In this document: one piece after another, positions 1 to 12,900 of the stretch | How positions within the stretch are numbered: the first letter of the stretch is position 1 | Layout of the letters: the number at the start of each line of letters is the position of its first letter | Assembly (NCBI RefSeq): GCF_036321535.1 | Contig: NC_087451.1 | Location: forward strand, 19,716,001-19,780,000 | From: Camelus dromedarius | Lineage: Eukaryota | Reading direction: 5' to 3' | DNA: 64,000 nt | Notes under the pieces: model-generated | Databases searched by the model: none | Told to the model about the DNA's origin: nothing | What the model saw: only the letters and a program-made list of their open reading frames with translations | Translations under genes and position numbers: made by a program

Positions 1-829
1 AACGGGAGACAGACATTTGGTACGGGACACAGGATAGGAGGAAAGAGAATCCTGTGTTTATTCCATTTCTCCCTCAACACTGTGCTTGTGGCAGTGGCTT
101 CCTTTGTCCTGTTGAATGCCCTTCCCTCATGACTCCACTTCTCTCCCAGCTAATAACACCATTCCTCCCTTTGTCCCTTTGAGCCTGGAGGTGGTAACCA
201 CTTTCTGCTCTTGCCAGGCTCTGGGCGGCTCACAGTATTTTGCTGGTTCCCTTAATCCAGCCCATGTCTCTTTAAGTAGACTACTAAATTCTTATTGATT
301 ACACCTTTTTGAGTGTACCATCTGTTTTCTGAAAGGATCCTGACTAATACAATCATACAGGTATGTATTATGAGGGTTTTAAAAATGTGCAAAAAACAAG
401 TACATAGGTAGAAAGTGATAAGTGTTTGCATTACGAAACTAAGGAATGAATCACTGCAATATGCCTCAGCTTCCAAATCTGTCAAATAAGGATTTTGTGA
501 AGATCGACCGAGATTATGTGAAGTGCTTTAATGGGTGCCTAATAAATGCTTCCAATCATTATTATTGTTACTGTAACTAGCCAGAATATGGGAGTTAAAA
601 ATATATGCCTCCCACTCTTCTAAGAATTAAACAAATCAGCTCATTCAGAAAAGACAAAAGTGAAAGAAAGCAAGCCAAGGGAGCAGGGGGAGGAAACTTG
701 AGTCCTGGTTCCGTTTCCTGCATTCAAAGTATGTCTCCGTCACAGTTTGCACAGGGACAAGAGAAGAGGGGACATGGAACCGAGTGTATCTTCACAAACG
801 TTAACTCAAGAGAGATTCGTGGGACAAAC

Positions 830-1200
830 CCTCTGCGGGGAGAAGCTTCTCTAGGAATTGAAGCAAGAGCGCGGCTGCAGCCTGGGCCGGCCGGGAGGGG
901 CGCTCTTAGGCTCCGCCTCTGCTCGCGGCGCGCGCGGATGACGTTGCTCTGCGCGCCCGGTTCGAGGAGCTCAGGGACTGCAGGAGCAGCTACCACGTGC
1001 GTATGGCCACCGCGCGCCCGCCCTGCCGCCCCCGCATGCAGCAACCGGTAGCCACCCACCCCACGCCTGACCCAGGCCCCTGCAGGATCCCCACCAGGCT
1101 ACTGCGCCTAGCGGGGGCCTGCGTGCCCGCCTTAGTGCATGCGCCCTTTCCCGTTTCTTGGACGCCCGGCAGGGAGACTCCACGTAAACTCAGGCCCTCT
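830..1200 (+). promoter_or_regulatory. PFAS: CpG-island promoter / non-coding first exon region of PFAS
   Basis: Dense CpG, E-box CACGTG at 994-999, ATGACGT CRE-like site near 938, NRF1-like GTGCATGCGC near 1135. Exact TSS and exon 1 donor not resolvable. Confidence 0.75.
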
Positions 1201-1589
1201 CTAACAATTCAACCAACAAAGAAAAATCCTTTGACCGCCTACTTTTTTTTTTTTCCTTTGGCCGCCGATTTTATGTCAGGCACCATGCTAGTCGTTGGGG
1301 AGACAGCCCTGATGTAAGCAGTCTTGTCTCTGTGCTATTAGAGCTTCTATTTTACTGTGAATGATAGACGAAAATCAGCTGGTTTAATACAATGATTTAT
1401 GGATATGATAATTCCTATGAAGGAATTATGGTATGGAGCACGACTGAGGCGTCTAACTTTAAAAAGGGTGATAAACACGGAGCAGGAATCACTGAGATAG
1501 TGAGGAATCAAGATCTGGCAGGAGCACTGATTGCTGAAACTAGCCTTGGCCTGGTGAATGATGGGAATCGAGAGTTAATTCAATCAGTC

Positions 1590-2900
1590 AACAGTTTTTA
1601 GATTTTTGTTTTTTAAGCCCCAGGTATTGTTCTAAGCCTTGGTAATCCAGTGGAGGTACATTCATTAGTACATTCATGCCCCCATGGAGATTTTGTTCTA
1701 GTGGGAAAGGAAGAGCTAAAAATAAATTAAAATGTCAGATAGCAATAAGTACTATATAGAAAGTTAAAATAAGGCCATCTTACCATGGCTCCTTCAGAGC
1801 AGTTGATCAAGGAAGTCCTTTTCAAGAAGGTGAGTTTCACCTGAAGTCCAAATAACAAGAAAGAGCTAGTCATGCAAAGATCAGGGTGAGAAAAATGCCT
1901 TTTAGACCTGAGCTTGGCAAGTTAGAATAATAGAAAAGAAGCCAGTGTGGTTGATGCATCATGGGTGAGAAGGAGAGTAGTGTGAGACAGTGTTGGAGAT
2001 GTAGGCAATGGCCAGACCACATAAGCCAGGACATGAGTTAGAATGTTAGACCATGTGTGAGGAGAAGCCATGATCTCATTTATGCTAACTTGTGGCAGGT
2101 GGATTGTGGTTGGGGCAGGAGTGGAATCGGGTGCATTAATCCAGGTGAGTACTGGTGTAGCAGAGTTGAAAGCATGTGGACAGGTTTGGGATACATTTGG
2201 AAATAGATTAACTGGTGGATCGGGTATAGAGGGGGCTCAAGGAAAGAAGAATTAAGGTTGACTACTGTGTTTTTGACTTGAGCAACAGATTGGATGATGG
2301 TGGTGGTGTTAACTGAGATAGGGAAGATGGGAACAGGAGTTCTGGAGAAATGATAAATCACAATTTCTCTTTTTGTCAGAACAGGCTATCCTCTGTGTTT
2401 ATGAGACATCTATGTGGCGATGTCACCTAAGCATTTGAATGTACTAGTTTGGAGTCTCGGAGAGTCAGAGTTAAATAAAGTTATGGAATCTGTTGGCAGA
2501 TATTAAATCATATGAAATTGCCATTTTGGTCAAAAATGGTTGAATGCTGGTAATTTCATTGGTTCAGTCTAATAGATGATATTTAAAGCTACTGGATGAG
2601 GTTGCTTAAGAAGAGCATGTAGAGGGATGAAGAACCAAGGGCAGAGCCTTGGGCACTCAACATTTAGAGGTCAGGCAGAAGAGTAGGAGCCAGCACAGGT
2701 GACTGAGAAGGAGCAACCAGAACAGAAGATAGAGGAATATCAGGAGAGTGGTCATGAAGCCAGGAAAGGACAGTGTTTCAAGAAGTAGGGATTGAATAAG
2801 TCAAATGCTGACTAGAGGTTGAATAAGGTAAAGAAGTTATTGAGCTCTAGATTCACAACTTTGCAATCTTTGGTGACCTTGACAGAATAATCAGATTAAG
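1590..2900. mobile_element. Degenerate L2 in PFAS intron 1
   Basis: Purine-rich L2 motifs (gttctaagcc, gagctgagacc-like, tgaagccagg, ggtgaccttgacag). Similar L2 blocks at about 18600-19560, 20640-21460, 39780-40180, 49320-49830, 52210-52600. Confidence 0.65.
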
Positions 2901-3914
2901 CCTTGAGTAAATTAGATTTGAGATGCCTATAAGTTGTCCAAGTAAAGAAGTAAGGCAATGACCTTCCTTTTCTCCCATTTCCTTGGGAAGAGGCCATGTA
3001 TGCCTGGGAGTCCCATGTGTATCATCAAAGCTGAATGAGTGGTATGGATCAGAAGCCCTCAGCTCTGCTAGGAGGGAGATGTCCCTGAGCACTGGGGCAG
3101 CTGGGGGGGCCTACCAGAGTTGGTGAGATCTGTATTCACCTTGGGAAGGCTTCAGGTAGGATGGGGATAGGTATAGGCATTCTAGGATAGGGGCAAAGGA
3201 ATGGAGAGGGGACCAGGCAGGGTTTAGTGAGTAAAGCCAGGGTCCTGATGAGAAGGAGTGGGATCACAAGTTGAAAAGTAGCTGGGGAGAGATGTGGAGG
3301 GCCTTCGAGTGTCAGGCTAAAGCCTTTGGATTTACCTTGAGCAGGGACATAATATTTCAAAACTGAAGTAGAGGAACTATCATTTGACTTCATCAACCAG
3401 CCCAATCCAGCTCATCCTTCAGGTTTGTGCTTAAATGCCATTTTCCCCAGGAAGTCTTTCCCAGTTCCAGAGTGCTAGGTTGGTACCCACAGTCCCTTGA
3501 CCTTGGTCACAATGGACTGGAAATGTCTGGGTACTTGGCTGTCTTCCTCAATAAAATGTAAGCTCTACGAGGGCAGAAATGATTTTCATCTTGTTCACAG
3601 CTTTGTTCCTAAGATCTTGCCTGGGGCCCAGCAAAGTGTGGTGTACAAGGAACACATGTCAAGGATATACATGTATACCCCAATCCCACGTTACTAAAGC
3701 CCACATTTTGCAGGATTGGCTAAAACCCCCAAGGTTACATTTTTCAGGTTACCTTGTATCCCTGAATGCCCCCACTCCTTTCCCCCACCCCATCCCTAAT
3801 GCCTCCAAAGCCTCAGCTGGCCTTGAAACTTGAAATCGGTTCAACAGATAGGCTCTAGCTAATGTTATTTTTTAGGAACCCAACTCATCTCTCCAGCAAC
3901 AGTCACCTGCAGAG

Positions 3915-6900
3915 ATGTCCTCAGTCCTGCACTTCTATGTCCGTCCCTCTGGCCATGAGGGAGCAGCCTGTGGGTACACTCAGAGGAAGCTGCAAGAGAA
4001 ACTGCCAGAGCTGCAGGATATCAAGACCGAGCTGTGCTACAATGTGAACTGGACAGGTTGGGCCAGGTATTGGATTCTTGGGAGTGGTACCGAGTACCAG
4101 GGGCAGTTTCTGTAGGTGTCCTTGCTCTGTCTCCCTGCAGTTAATTCTTCCCCAAGTGCTGAGGAACTGAAGAAGCTGACGTGGCTGTTTGGCTGCCCCT
4201 TGTTACTGGACGATGTCGCTCAGGAGTCCTGGCTCCTTCCCGGCTCCAGTGACCTGCTGTTGGAGGTCGGGCCCAGGCAAGTGTCTCAGCCTTGGGCAAC
4301 TTGTTCCGTGGTCCAGAGCACATCAGCTCTTCCAAACATACTGCCCACCCCTTCCACTTTCATTCCTCTTCCTCCTTTTGTGATCCTTGGGAAATTTGTT
4401 TGCCCTTTACTCCATCCCACTCCCTGCCTCGAAGTTCTGCACATACCTTCCCCACGTGGGAAGATGTCTTTGAAGAGTGAGCCAGCTCCCAGGCATATTC
4501 TGGAAATATAACAGGTTGCATTCTGAGTTGAAATTGAAGCAGTCTGATGCTCCAAGGACAGTTATGATTTGCTTTAAACCACCTTTGGAAGCAGGTTTCT
4601 TGGTGCCCAGGTCTGAGGCTGGAGGCCAATGGTGGGGTGAGTGGATAGAGGTGGGAGACTGGCTGGACAGCAGCAGGCAGGATCCACCTTCTCAGCTGGG
4701 GCTCTCAGGCCCTAACCATCTGGCCCACTCCTCAGGCTGAACTTCTCCACCCCGACCTCCACCAACATCGTGTCAGTGTGCCAGGCTGTGGGGCTGGGGG
4801 CTGTGGACCGCGTAGAGAGGACCCGGCGCTACCTGCTCTCGGTGAGGCGGTAGGCAACCAGAGGGGGATCAGGAGGAGGAGGTGGGCCAGAGATAAGAGA
4901 TTGGGTCCTAAACTCTGGAGAAATGATGTGAGAAGCAGGGGGAGGAGTTCTGGTTTCAGGCCTGCCCTGTTTGCAGGTTGTTCACTGCCTGAGGTCACCT
5001 GGTCGAGGAGTGAATAGGACAAACACAGCCTGCACTCTAGTCTGTGCATGCTGACAGGGACTCCTGCCTGGAAGGGGTATCTTTTTCTAATCTGAGCAGA
5101 AGTGCCATGTAGGCTGGCAGTGGGCTGGCCCTGTATGGCTTGAAGGACCAAAGGTAGACCATTTTGTCCATGCATCACCTCTGCACCCCTTGCCCTCTGT
5201 GTCTCCACCCCTAGTTTGCCCACCCGCCTTCAGCTGAGATGGAGGCCATCGCGTTGGCCACCCTGCATGACCGGATGACAGAGCAGCACTTCCCCCAACC
5301 CATCCAGAGCTTCTCCCTTGGCTGCATCCAAGTCCCCCTAGGTGGCCCAATCGACATACTGGCCGAGGGCCAATCTGCCCTGGAGAAAGCCAACCAGGAG
5401 CTGGGTGAGCAGGGGTCCCTGGAGGAAGGCCCAGGCTAGGCTGGTAAGGGTGCGGAGTCCAACAGTCAGCTCTTCCGGGGTTTGTCTCCTAGGTCTGGCC
5501 CTGGACTCTTGGGACCTGGATTTCTACACCAAGCGCTTCCAGGAGCTGCAGCGGAACCCCAGCACTGTGGAGGTCTTCGACTTGGCTCAGTCCAATAGGT
5601 GGGGAGGAATGGGGACGTTCTGATGTCTGAGGCCGCGGAGGTTGGAAGGGAAGACAGCAGGGACTCTCCATGGCTCTCTCTTGGCCTCGGGGCCTCCCTG
5701 AGTCTGTTTGAGTGCTTGGGCTCCCCTTCTATCCAGTAGTCTGCATTCACATCTTGGTTTTTATCTTCACTTTGGATCTGGAGAATCACAGTGACAGACT
5801 GTTGGAAGATTATGACTTTCTGGAATCTATTTTGACCTGTGAGCTAAGCACCAGTTGGCTGTAGTTATGTTTATACTGGTGAGAAGACATGCCAAGGCCT
5901 GAGAAATGACCCGTGTTTCCGCCCTGCCTTCCCCTCCCCGTGACACCCTCTGTAGTGAGCACAGCCGACACTGGTTCTTCAAGGGCCGACTCCACGTGGA
6001 TGGGCAGGAGCTGGCACACTCTCTGTTTGAGTCCATCATGAGCACCCAGGCATCCTCCAACCCCAACAACATCCTCAAGTTCTGTGACAACAGCAGGTGG
6101 GCTGTGCCCTAGGCTGGGGTGACCTCAGAGCCAGGGCACAGGAGGCTCCAGGCTCCGGTGGGGTAAGCACAGATCCCAGGAAGGAAACGGGGTCCGGAAC
6201 GGATGTGTCCACAGTGCAATCCAGGGGAAGGAAGTCCAATTCCTACGGCCTGAGGACCCCACACGGCCAAGCTGCTTTCGGCAACATCAGGGGCTGAGAC
6301 ATGTTGTCTTCACAGCAGAGACTCACAACTTCCCCACGGGTGAGCTGAGTCCCCAGGAGGGACAGGCAGGATAGGGCAAAGGTCCCAGGCCCACTGTGGA
6401 CATCAGGTCGGCTGCATGTCCTTATTTTCAGTGCTGTGGTCAGAGGTGGAATTTGCCTCTTTGGTGCCATACGTCTCCCTGCTCTCTTCACAGGAGTAGC
6501 CCCCTTCAGCGGTGCAACCACTGGCACAGGGGGCCGGATCCGAGATGTGCAGTGCACAGGCCACGGGGCCCACGTCGTGGCTGGCACTGCTGGCTATTGC
6601 TTCGGAAACCTGCACATCCCAGGTCCCATCTCTTTCCTCTCTACCCATCTCCCCTCCAGATTCCTTGTCCTGGCAGGGGCCGAACACTTTTCTCTCTTAG
6701 GTCAAAGGGAGGGCTCTAGAGTAGCTAGCCTTTAGCCAACTATGTCAGGAGGACAGTAGGCCAGGGGCAGACCCAGGCTGCCAGGCTGACTTTGCAGAAC
6801 CACAGTTTTCTTTATAAACTAGTACCTACTCAGCAAGAAAACGTGATGCTGGGTTGAACTTGTGACCATCAGCTGCCCCCAGAATCCACTTTCTTAGAAA

Positions 6901-9900
6901 GCATGAAGAGTTCTGATCACAAGAGTCAGTGGGAAGGCTGATGTGGGAGGTGGGGAGCAAGACCAATGCTTTATTGCATTTTTTAAATTTGCATCTTATT
7001 ACATCTTCCTAAAATGGGACTCCCTAAAGTGGGACATTCCACCCACCCAGGTAGGCCTTGGTGGCTTAGTCTCTTTCTGAAGGACCCTGGCTTCTCTGGC
7101 TTTCATCTTTACAGTGTAGCCAAATTTCTCATTCCTGCCCAGGTTACAGCATGCCCTGGGAGGATTCACGCCTCCAGTATCCTGAGAACTTTGCCCGACC
7201 CCTGGAGATTGCCATCGAGGCCAGTAATGGGGCTTCCGACTACGGCAACAAGTTTGGAGAACCAGTGCTGGCTGGTGAGGCTGGGGGACATGGGTGATAA
7301 TAAACACTAATAATAGTCCCAGAGGTGGGGTGAGGTGTGTGACCCAGTGAGCGCTGAGGAGACTGGGTGACTAGACCCTGTCCCCTCTCACTGTGACATC
7401 CATGCTCCAGGCTTTGCCCGCTCCTTGGGCCTCCAGCTCCCAGACGGCCAGCGGCGTGAGTGGATCAAGCCCATCATGTTCAGTGGAGGCATTGGGACCA
7501 TGGAAGCTGAGCACGTGAGCAAGGAGCCCCCAAAGCCAGGTAAGAGCCTGCCACCTCTCTCCAGATCCAGCCGGCTTCCTCCCTAGCACTTGGCAGCCAC
7601 AGGAGGGGAATTTAGAGGACACTTCAGTGGTTTGCTTTTTTATCTCCCAGCTCATATCTCTTCTCCTCAGTATAGATTTTCAAGGCAGGGCAGGGCTTTA
7701 TGCCAGTGGGGCAGGCTTAGTCTGTGTTGCCTCTTATCTCTTCCCTGTTTGACTTCTGCATGGCAGGGACCCACTCTGCTAAGTCAAGGCAGCCAGTGTT
7801 TATCTAGGACCTGAGTTCATACGCAAGCTCAGTTCAGTGGGTCAAACATTTACCGAGCATCCATTGGGTGCTGGGCACCATGCTAGGAGCTGTGGCAGAA
7901 TCAAGATAAAGGCCAGGTGCCATTTATTGAATGGGTGACCCAGCTGCATGGTTCAGAATTTAAAAGGTGAAAAAAGGTTATACAGTGAAAACTCTTCTCT
8001 TACTTCCAGCCACCCAATTTCCCTCCGGAGAGATAACCTGTGTTAATCAGGTGCTTTTGTACCCTATGTATTTCCTGCATATGTAAACAGACCCATGTGT
8101 ATATTTGCCTCCTTTTTTTTTTAAACAAATAGCATATGTGCATATTTTTATAACCATTTTTTAAAGATGTAATTCATATACCATAAAGTTCACCTTTTTA
8201 AAGTGTATGAGTCAGTGGTTTTTAGTGTATTCACTGAAATTGTACATCAATCACCAGAAATTCAAGAACATTTTCATCACCCCGAAGAGAAACCCTGTAC
8301 CTGTGAGCAGTCCCCATCCCCCCTCTCTCAGCCTCTGGCAACCAATAGTCTACTTTCTGTCTCGATGGGTTTGCCTGTTATAAGTGGAATCACATAATAT
8401 GTGGCCTTTCACTTAACATGTCTTCAAGGCTCATTCATCTTATAGNNNNNNNNNNNNNNNNNNNNNNNNNNNNNNNNNNNNNNNNNNNNNNNNNNNNNNN
8501 NNNNNNNNNNNNNNNNNNNNNNNNNNNNNNNNNNNNNNNNNNNNNNNNNNNNNNNNNNNNNNNNNNNNNNNNNNNNNNNNNNNNNNNNNNNNNNNNNNNN
8601 NNNNNNNNNNNNNNNNNNNNNNNTAATTCTCTTGGGTATTTCACTAGGAGTGAATTTGCTGGGTCACATGGAAACTGTACTCAACTTTTTAAAAAACTTC
8701 CAGACTGTTTTCCAAACCAGCTGTGCCATTTTATATCCCCCTCAGCAGCATATGAGAGTCCCAATTTCTCCAGATTCTTGCCAGTACTTGTTATTATCTG
8801 TCTCCTTGATTATAGCCATCAGAGTGGATATGAAGNNNNNNNNNNNNNNNNNNNNNNNNNNNNNNNNNNNNNNNNNNNNNNNNNNNNNNNNNNNNNNNNN
8901 NNNNNNNNNNNNNNNNNNNNNNNNNNNNNNNNNNNNNNNNNNNNNNNNNNNNNNNNNNNNNNNNNNNNNNNNNNNNNNNNNNNNNNNNNNNNNNNNNNNN
9001 NNNNNNNNNNNNNNNNNNNNNNNNNNNNNNNNNNNNNNNNNNNNNNNNNNNNNNNNNNNNNNNNNNNNNNNNNNNNNNNNNNNNACTTTCTTCATGGTGC
9101 CCTCTGAAGCATAAGCATTGTTAATTTTGGTAAAGTAGTTTATCTATTTTTCCTTTGATTGCTTCTGGTTTCAGTGTCATGACTAAGAAACTATTGCCTA
9201 AGCCAAGGTCACAAAGATTTACTCGTATGCTTTCTTGTAGTACTGTTATAGCTTTTAGCTCTTACATTTAGGTCTCTGATGCATTTTTGAATTAATTTTT
9301 GTATATGGTTTGGGACAGGGGTCCAACTTCCTTCTTTTACATGTGGATATCCAGTTGTCCTAACAACCCTTTTTGAAAAAACTATTCTTACCCCATTGAA
9401 TTGTCTTGGGATTCTTGTCAAAAATCAGTTGGCCACAAATGTATGGACTCATTTACGGCCTCACAGTTCTATTCCAGTGATNNNNNNNNNNNNNNNNNNN
9501 NNNNNNNNNNNNNNNNNNNNNNNNNNNNNNNNNNNNNNNNNNNNNNNNNNNNNNNNNNNNNNNNNNNNNNNNNNNNNNNNNNNNNNNNNNNNNNNNNNNN
9601 NNNNNNNNNNNNNNNNNGAATTTCTATACAAATTTTAGGACCAGCTGGTCAATTTCTGTGAAAAAGGTAGCTGATTATGTTGACTCTGCAGATCACTTTG
9701 GGGGAGAGTATTGCCACTGGAACAATGTTAAGTCTTCCAATCTATAAACGAGATCTCTTTCAGTTTGTTTAAGTCTACTAAGATATTTCATAAGTTTTTA
9801 TGCATAAGTCTTGCATTTCTGTTGTTAAATTTATTCCTAAGTATTTTATTCTTTTTGATGCTGACATAAGTGGGTATGCATACTTCTGTACCTTGCCTTT

Positions 9901-12900
9901 TGCAACTTAGCAATGTGCTTGGAGATCATTGCTTACCAATGAGATCACATTACTTCACTATATTCATATGTAATTCTCTTTTTTGGTGGCTTAGTTTTTC
10001 AGTGTATGGCTTATACCATAATTTGTTTAACCAGTTCTCGGTTAGCATTTAGATTATTTCCCATCTTTGGTAATGCAAATTTAATCCCACACTGTTTAGT
10101 TTTGTGCATAGTGATTTTGTACCTGTGCGAATAAATCTGGAGGGTAAATTCCTCAAAGTGTATTTACCTAGTTAAAAATATGTGCATTTGTAATTTTGGT
10201 TGCTCTCCCCTGATAACAGCTTCCCTTGTACTGACATTTCTTATGGTCACTTCGCCACGTTCTGATTCTGCCCTCCTTCCTCATAGGCATGGATGTTGTG
10301 AAGATTGGGGGTCCTGTCTATAGAATTGGAGTTGGGGGCGGAGCTGCTTCATCTGTGCAGGTAAGTGGGAATAGCTCAGATTCAGACTCCATGATATCCC
10401 CAGGCCCCATGCCTGGGTGGGGTGTGAGCTCCCAGCCCCCCTGAGTGGAGCTATGCCATCTGTTCCTCCAGGTGCAGGGAGACAATGCCAGTGACCTGGA
10501 CTTTGGGGCTGTGCAGCGGGGAGACCCAGAGATGGAACAGAAGATGAACCGCGTGATCCGGGCTTGTGTAGAGGCTCCTGGCGGGAACCCTATCTGCAGC
10601 CTCCATGACCAGGGTGCCGGTGGCAACGGTGAGAGGAGGAGACAAGGGACCAGGCCTGCCTGGTCTCCTGCCAGGTTTGGTTTAGGGAGAGGCATCGAAG
10701 ATCTGTAACCAGCGCCCATCTCTGGGTCTCACTCCCCACCAGTTACACCTTCGGGACAGGCTCAGGGGTGGTGGGTAGCAGCCTGCTGCTATGGGATAGC
10801 TGTGGGGAGGGTGCGGCAGCGATTTGCACAGGGTCTCACAGAATTAGGGGTTTCTTTGGAGGCTGGGGACGGCCCTTCCTTTGCCCGGTGCTGACCAAGA
10901 CCAGATCAGCACCTCCCCTGGAAACCCTCTCACCAGGCAATGTCCTAAAGGAGCTGAGTGACCCAGCTGGAGCCATCATTTACACCAGCCGCTTCCAGGT
11001 AGGTCTCATCCCCTGAAGTCTGGCTGTCTCCCTGTCCCTGCTAGTCCCAGCCAGCCCCACCCATCTGCCCCCTACTCCCAGCAAGATCATGAGATTTGGG
11101 GGCGGCCCCTAACCCTTCCCTTTCATCCTCCCACATGGATGTGCAGCTTGCGGATCCGACCTTGAGTGCCCTGGAAATCTGGGGGGCCGAGTACCAGGAG
11201 TCGAATGCGCTTCTGCTGAGGCCCCCCGACCGGGACTTCCTGAGTCGTGTCAGCGCCCGGGAACGCTGCCCAGTTTGCTTTGTGGGCACCATCACCGGAG
11301 ACAGGAGAGTGAGTTTGAGTTTGGCCTGGGGAGTGGGTAGCAGGCACTGTGGGTGGGCTTGAGCCGCCTAGGTACTGGAGGGAGCTGTCGCAGGACAGAG
11401 ATGAGAGGAGGGCGAGAGCTGTGGCACACACGCCGTGGGGAACAGTGTTTAGGAGGTGGTAAGGGAGGGGCACTCAACAGATAAGCCAAACGAGGTGGAA
11501 AGAGTATTTCTGCCCTGCTTTCTAGAAGTATTTATTCCCTGCTAACTGTCATAGTCTTATTCTCTCTGGGTGGTGTCCCTGTGGTCTACAGATAGTGCTG
11601 GTGGATGATCGGGAATTTCCTGGGAAAAGAAGTGACGAGGGGGATGCACCCCCAACACCTCCCTCAAACCCTGTGGACCTGGACCTGGACTGGGTGCTGG
11701 GCAAGATGCCACAGAAGGTATGTGGGGGCAGGCAGGGAGGCTGTGTTTCTCCCTTCTCTGGCCCAGCCCTTCAGACCACCCTCTACCCTCCGTGTGCTTT
11801 GTCACCTGAGCGCCTGGCACTCCCCTGCGTGCTCACACCCCTGTTGCTGTCCGTGTTGCAGGAGTTCTTCCTCCAGAGGAGTCTTCCTGTGCTGCAGCCT
11901 CTGGCCTTGCCCGCAGGGCTGAGCGTGCACCAGGCTCTGACGTGGGTTCTCAGGCTGCCTGCTGTGGCCAGCAAGCGCTACCTTACCAACAAGGTCCTCC
12001 CTGCGCCCCAGCTCCACCCCCTCAGCCCTCTGCACCTCTCCCTCACCAGGGCCGGGGCAGCTACCCTGATGGCCTGGTCCCCTGCTGTCCACGCTCTGAG
12101 TCTTGTCTGCTCAGGGCAAGCCAGGCCTCCTCCCGCCCCCTTGTCCCTGTCCCTTGGCCTCTTGCCAACCCCTCTTGCAGGTGGACCGCTCCGTGGGTGG
12201 CCTGGTGGCACAGCAGCAGTGTGTCGGACCCCTACAGACCCCTCTGGCAGACGTGGCGGTTGTGGCGCTGAGCCACCAGGCGCTCGTAGGGGCTGCCACA
12301 GCCCTGGGAGAGCAGCCAGTCAAGAGCCTGCTGGACCCCAAGGCTGCTGCCCGGCTGGCCGTGGCTGAAGCTCTCACCAACCTGGTGTTTGCTCTGGTCA
12401 CTGACCTCCGGGTGAGTCCCCTGCAGCTCCTGCCCTGGAGCCCCAGGCCTTTGGGATGCAACCACATCCGCCATTTGCTTACCCCTCTGCCCCCAGACTC
12501 TGCACATCGCGCTCCCTCTCTAATGCCAAGTCTCTGCTGCTTTCTAGGATGTGAAATGCAGCGGGAACTGGATGTGGGCAGCTAAGCTCCCGGGGGAGGG
12601 TGCGGCTCTGGCTGACGCCTGTGAGGCTATGGTGGCAGTGATGGCGGCCCTGGGTGTGGCGGTGGATGGTGGCAAGGACTCCCTCAGCATGGCTGCCCGG
12701 GTTGGCTCTGAGACCGTGCGGGCTCCTGGTGAGGTCTGGGGACCAACGGGAGAGGACCAGGCCTATGGGCCTGGGCTAGTGCCTCACTCCCTTTCTCCTT
12801 GCTTCGCAGGGTCGCTGGTTATCTCAGCCTATGCTGTCTGTCCAGACATCACAGCCACTGTGACCCCAGACCTCAAGCATCCTAAAGAGAGAGGTATGGG

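Noticed and set aside
1-830. CTC1 first exon (divergent neighbour of PFAS in human)
   Set aside because: No minus-strand match to MAAGRAQV found; it probably lies just left of the window.
605-1317. ORFs of 100-148 aa over the PFAS promoter
   Set aside because: Expected stop-codon scarcity in a CpG island; no homology recognised.
8418-9661. Long ORFs containing X runs (also near 24.7 kb and 35.5-36 kb)
   Set aside because: Artefacts of translating through N-runs.
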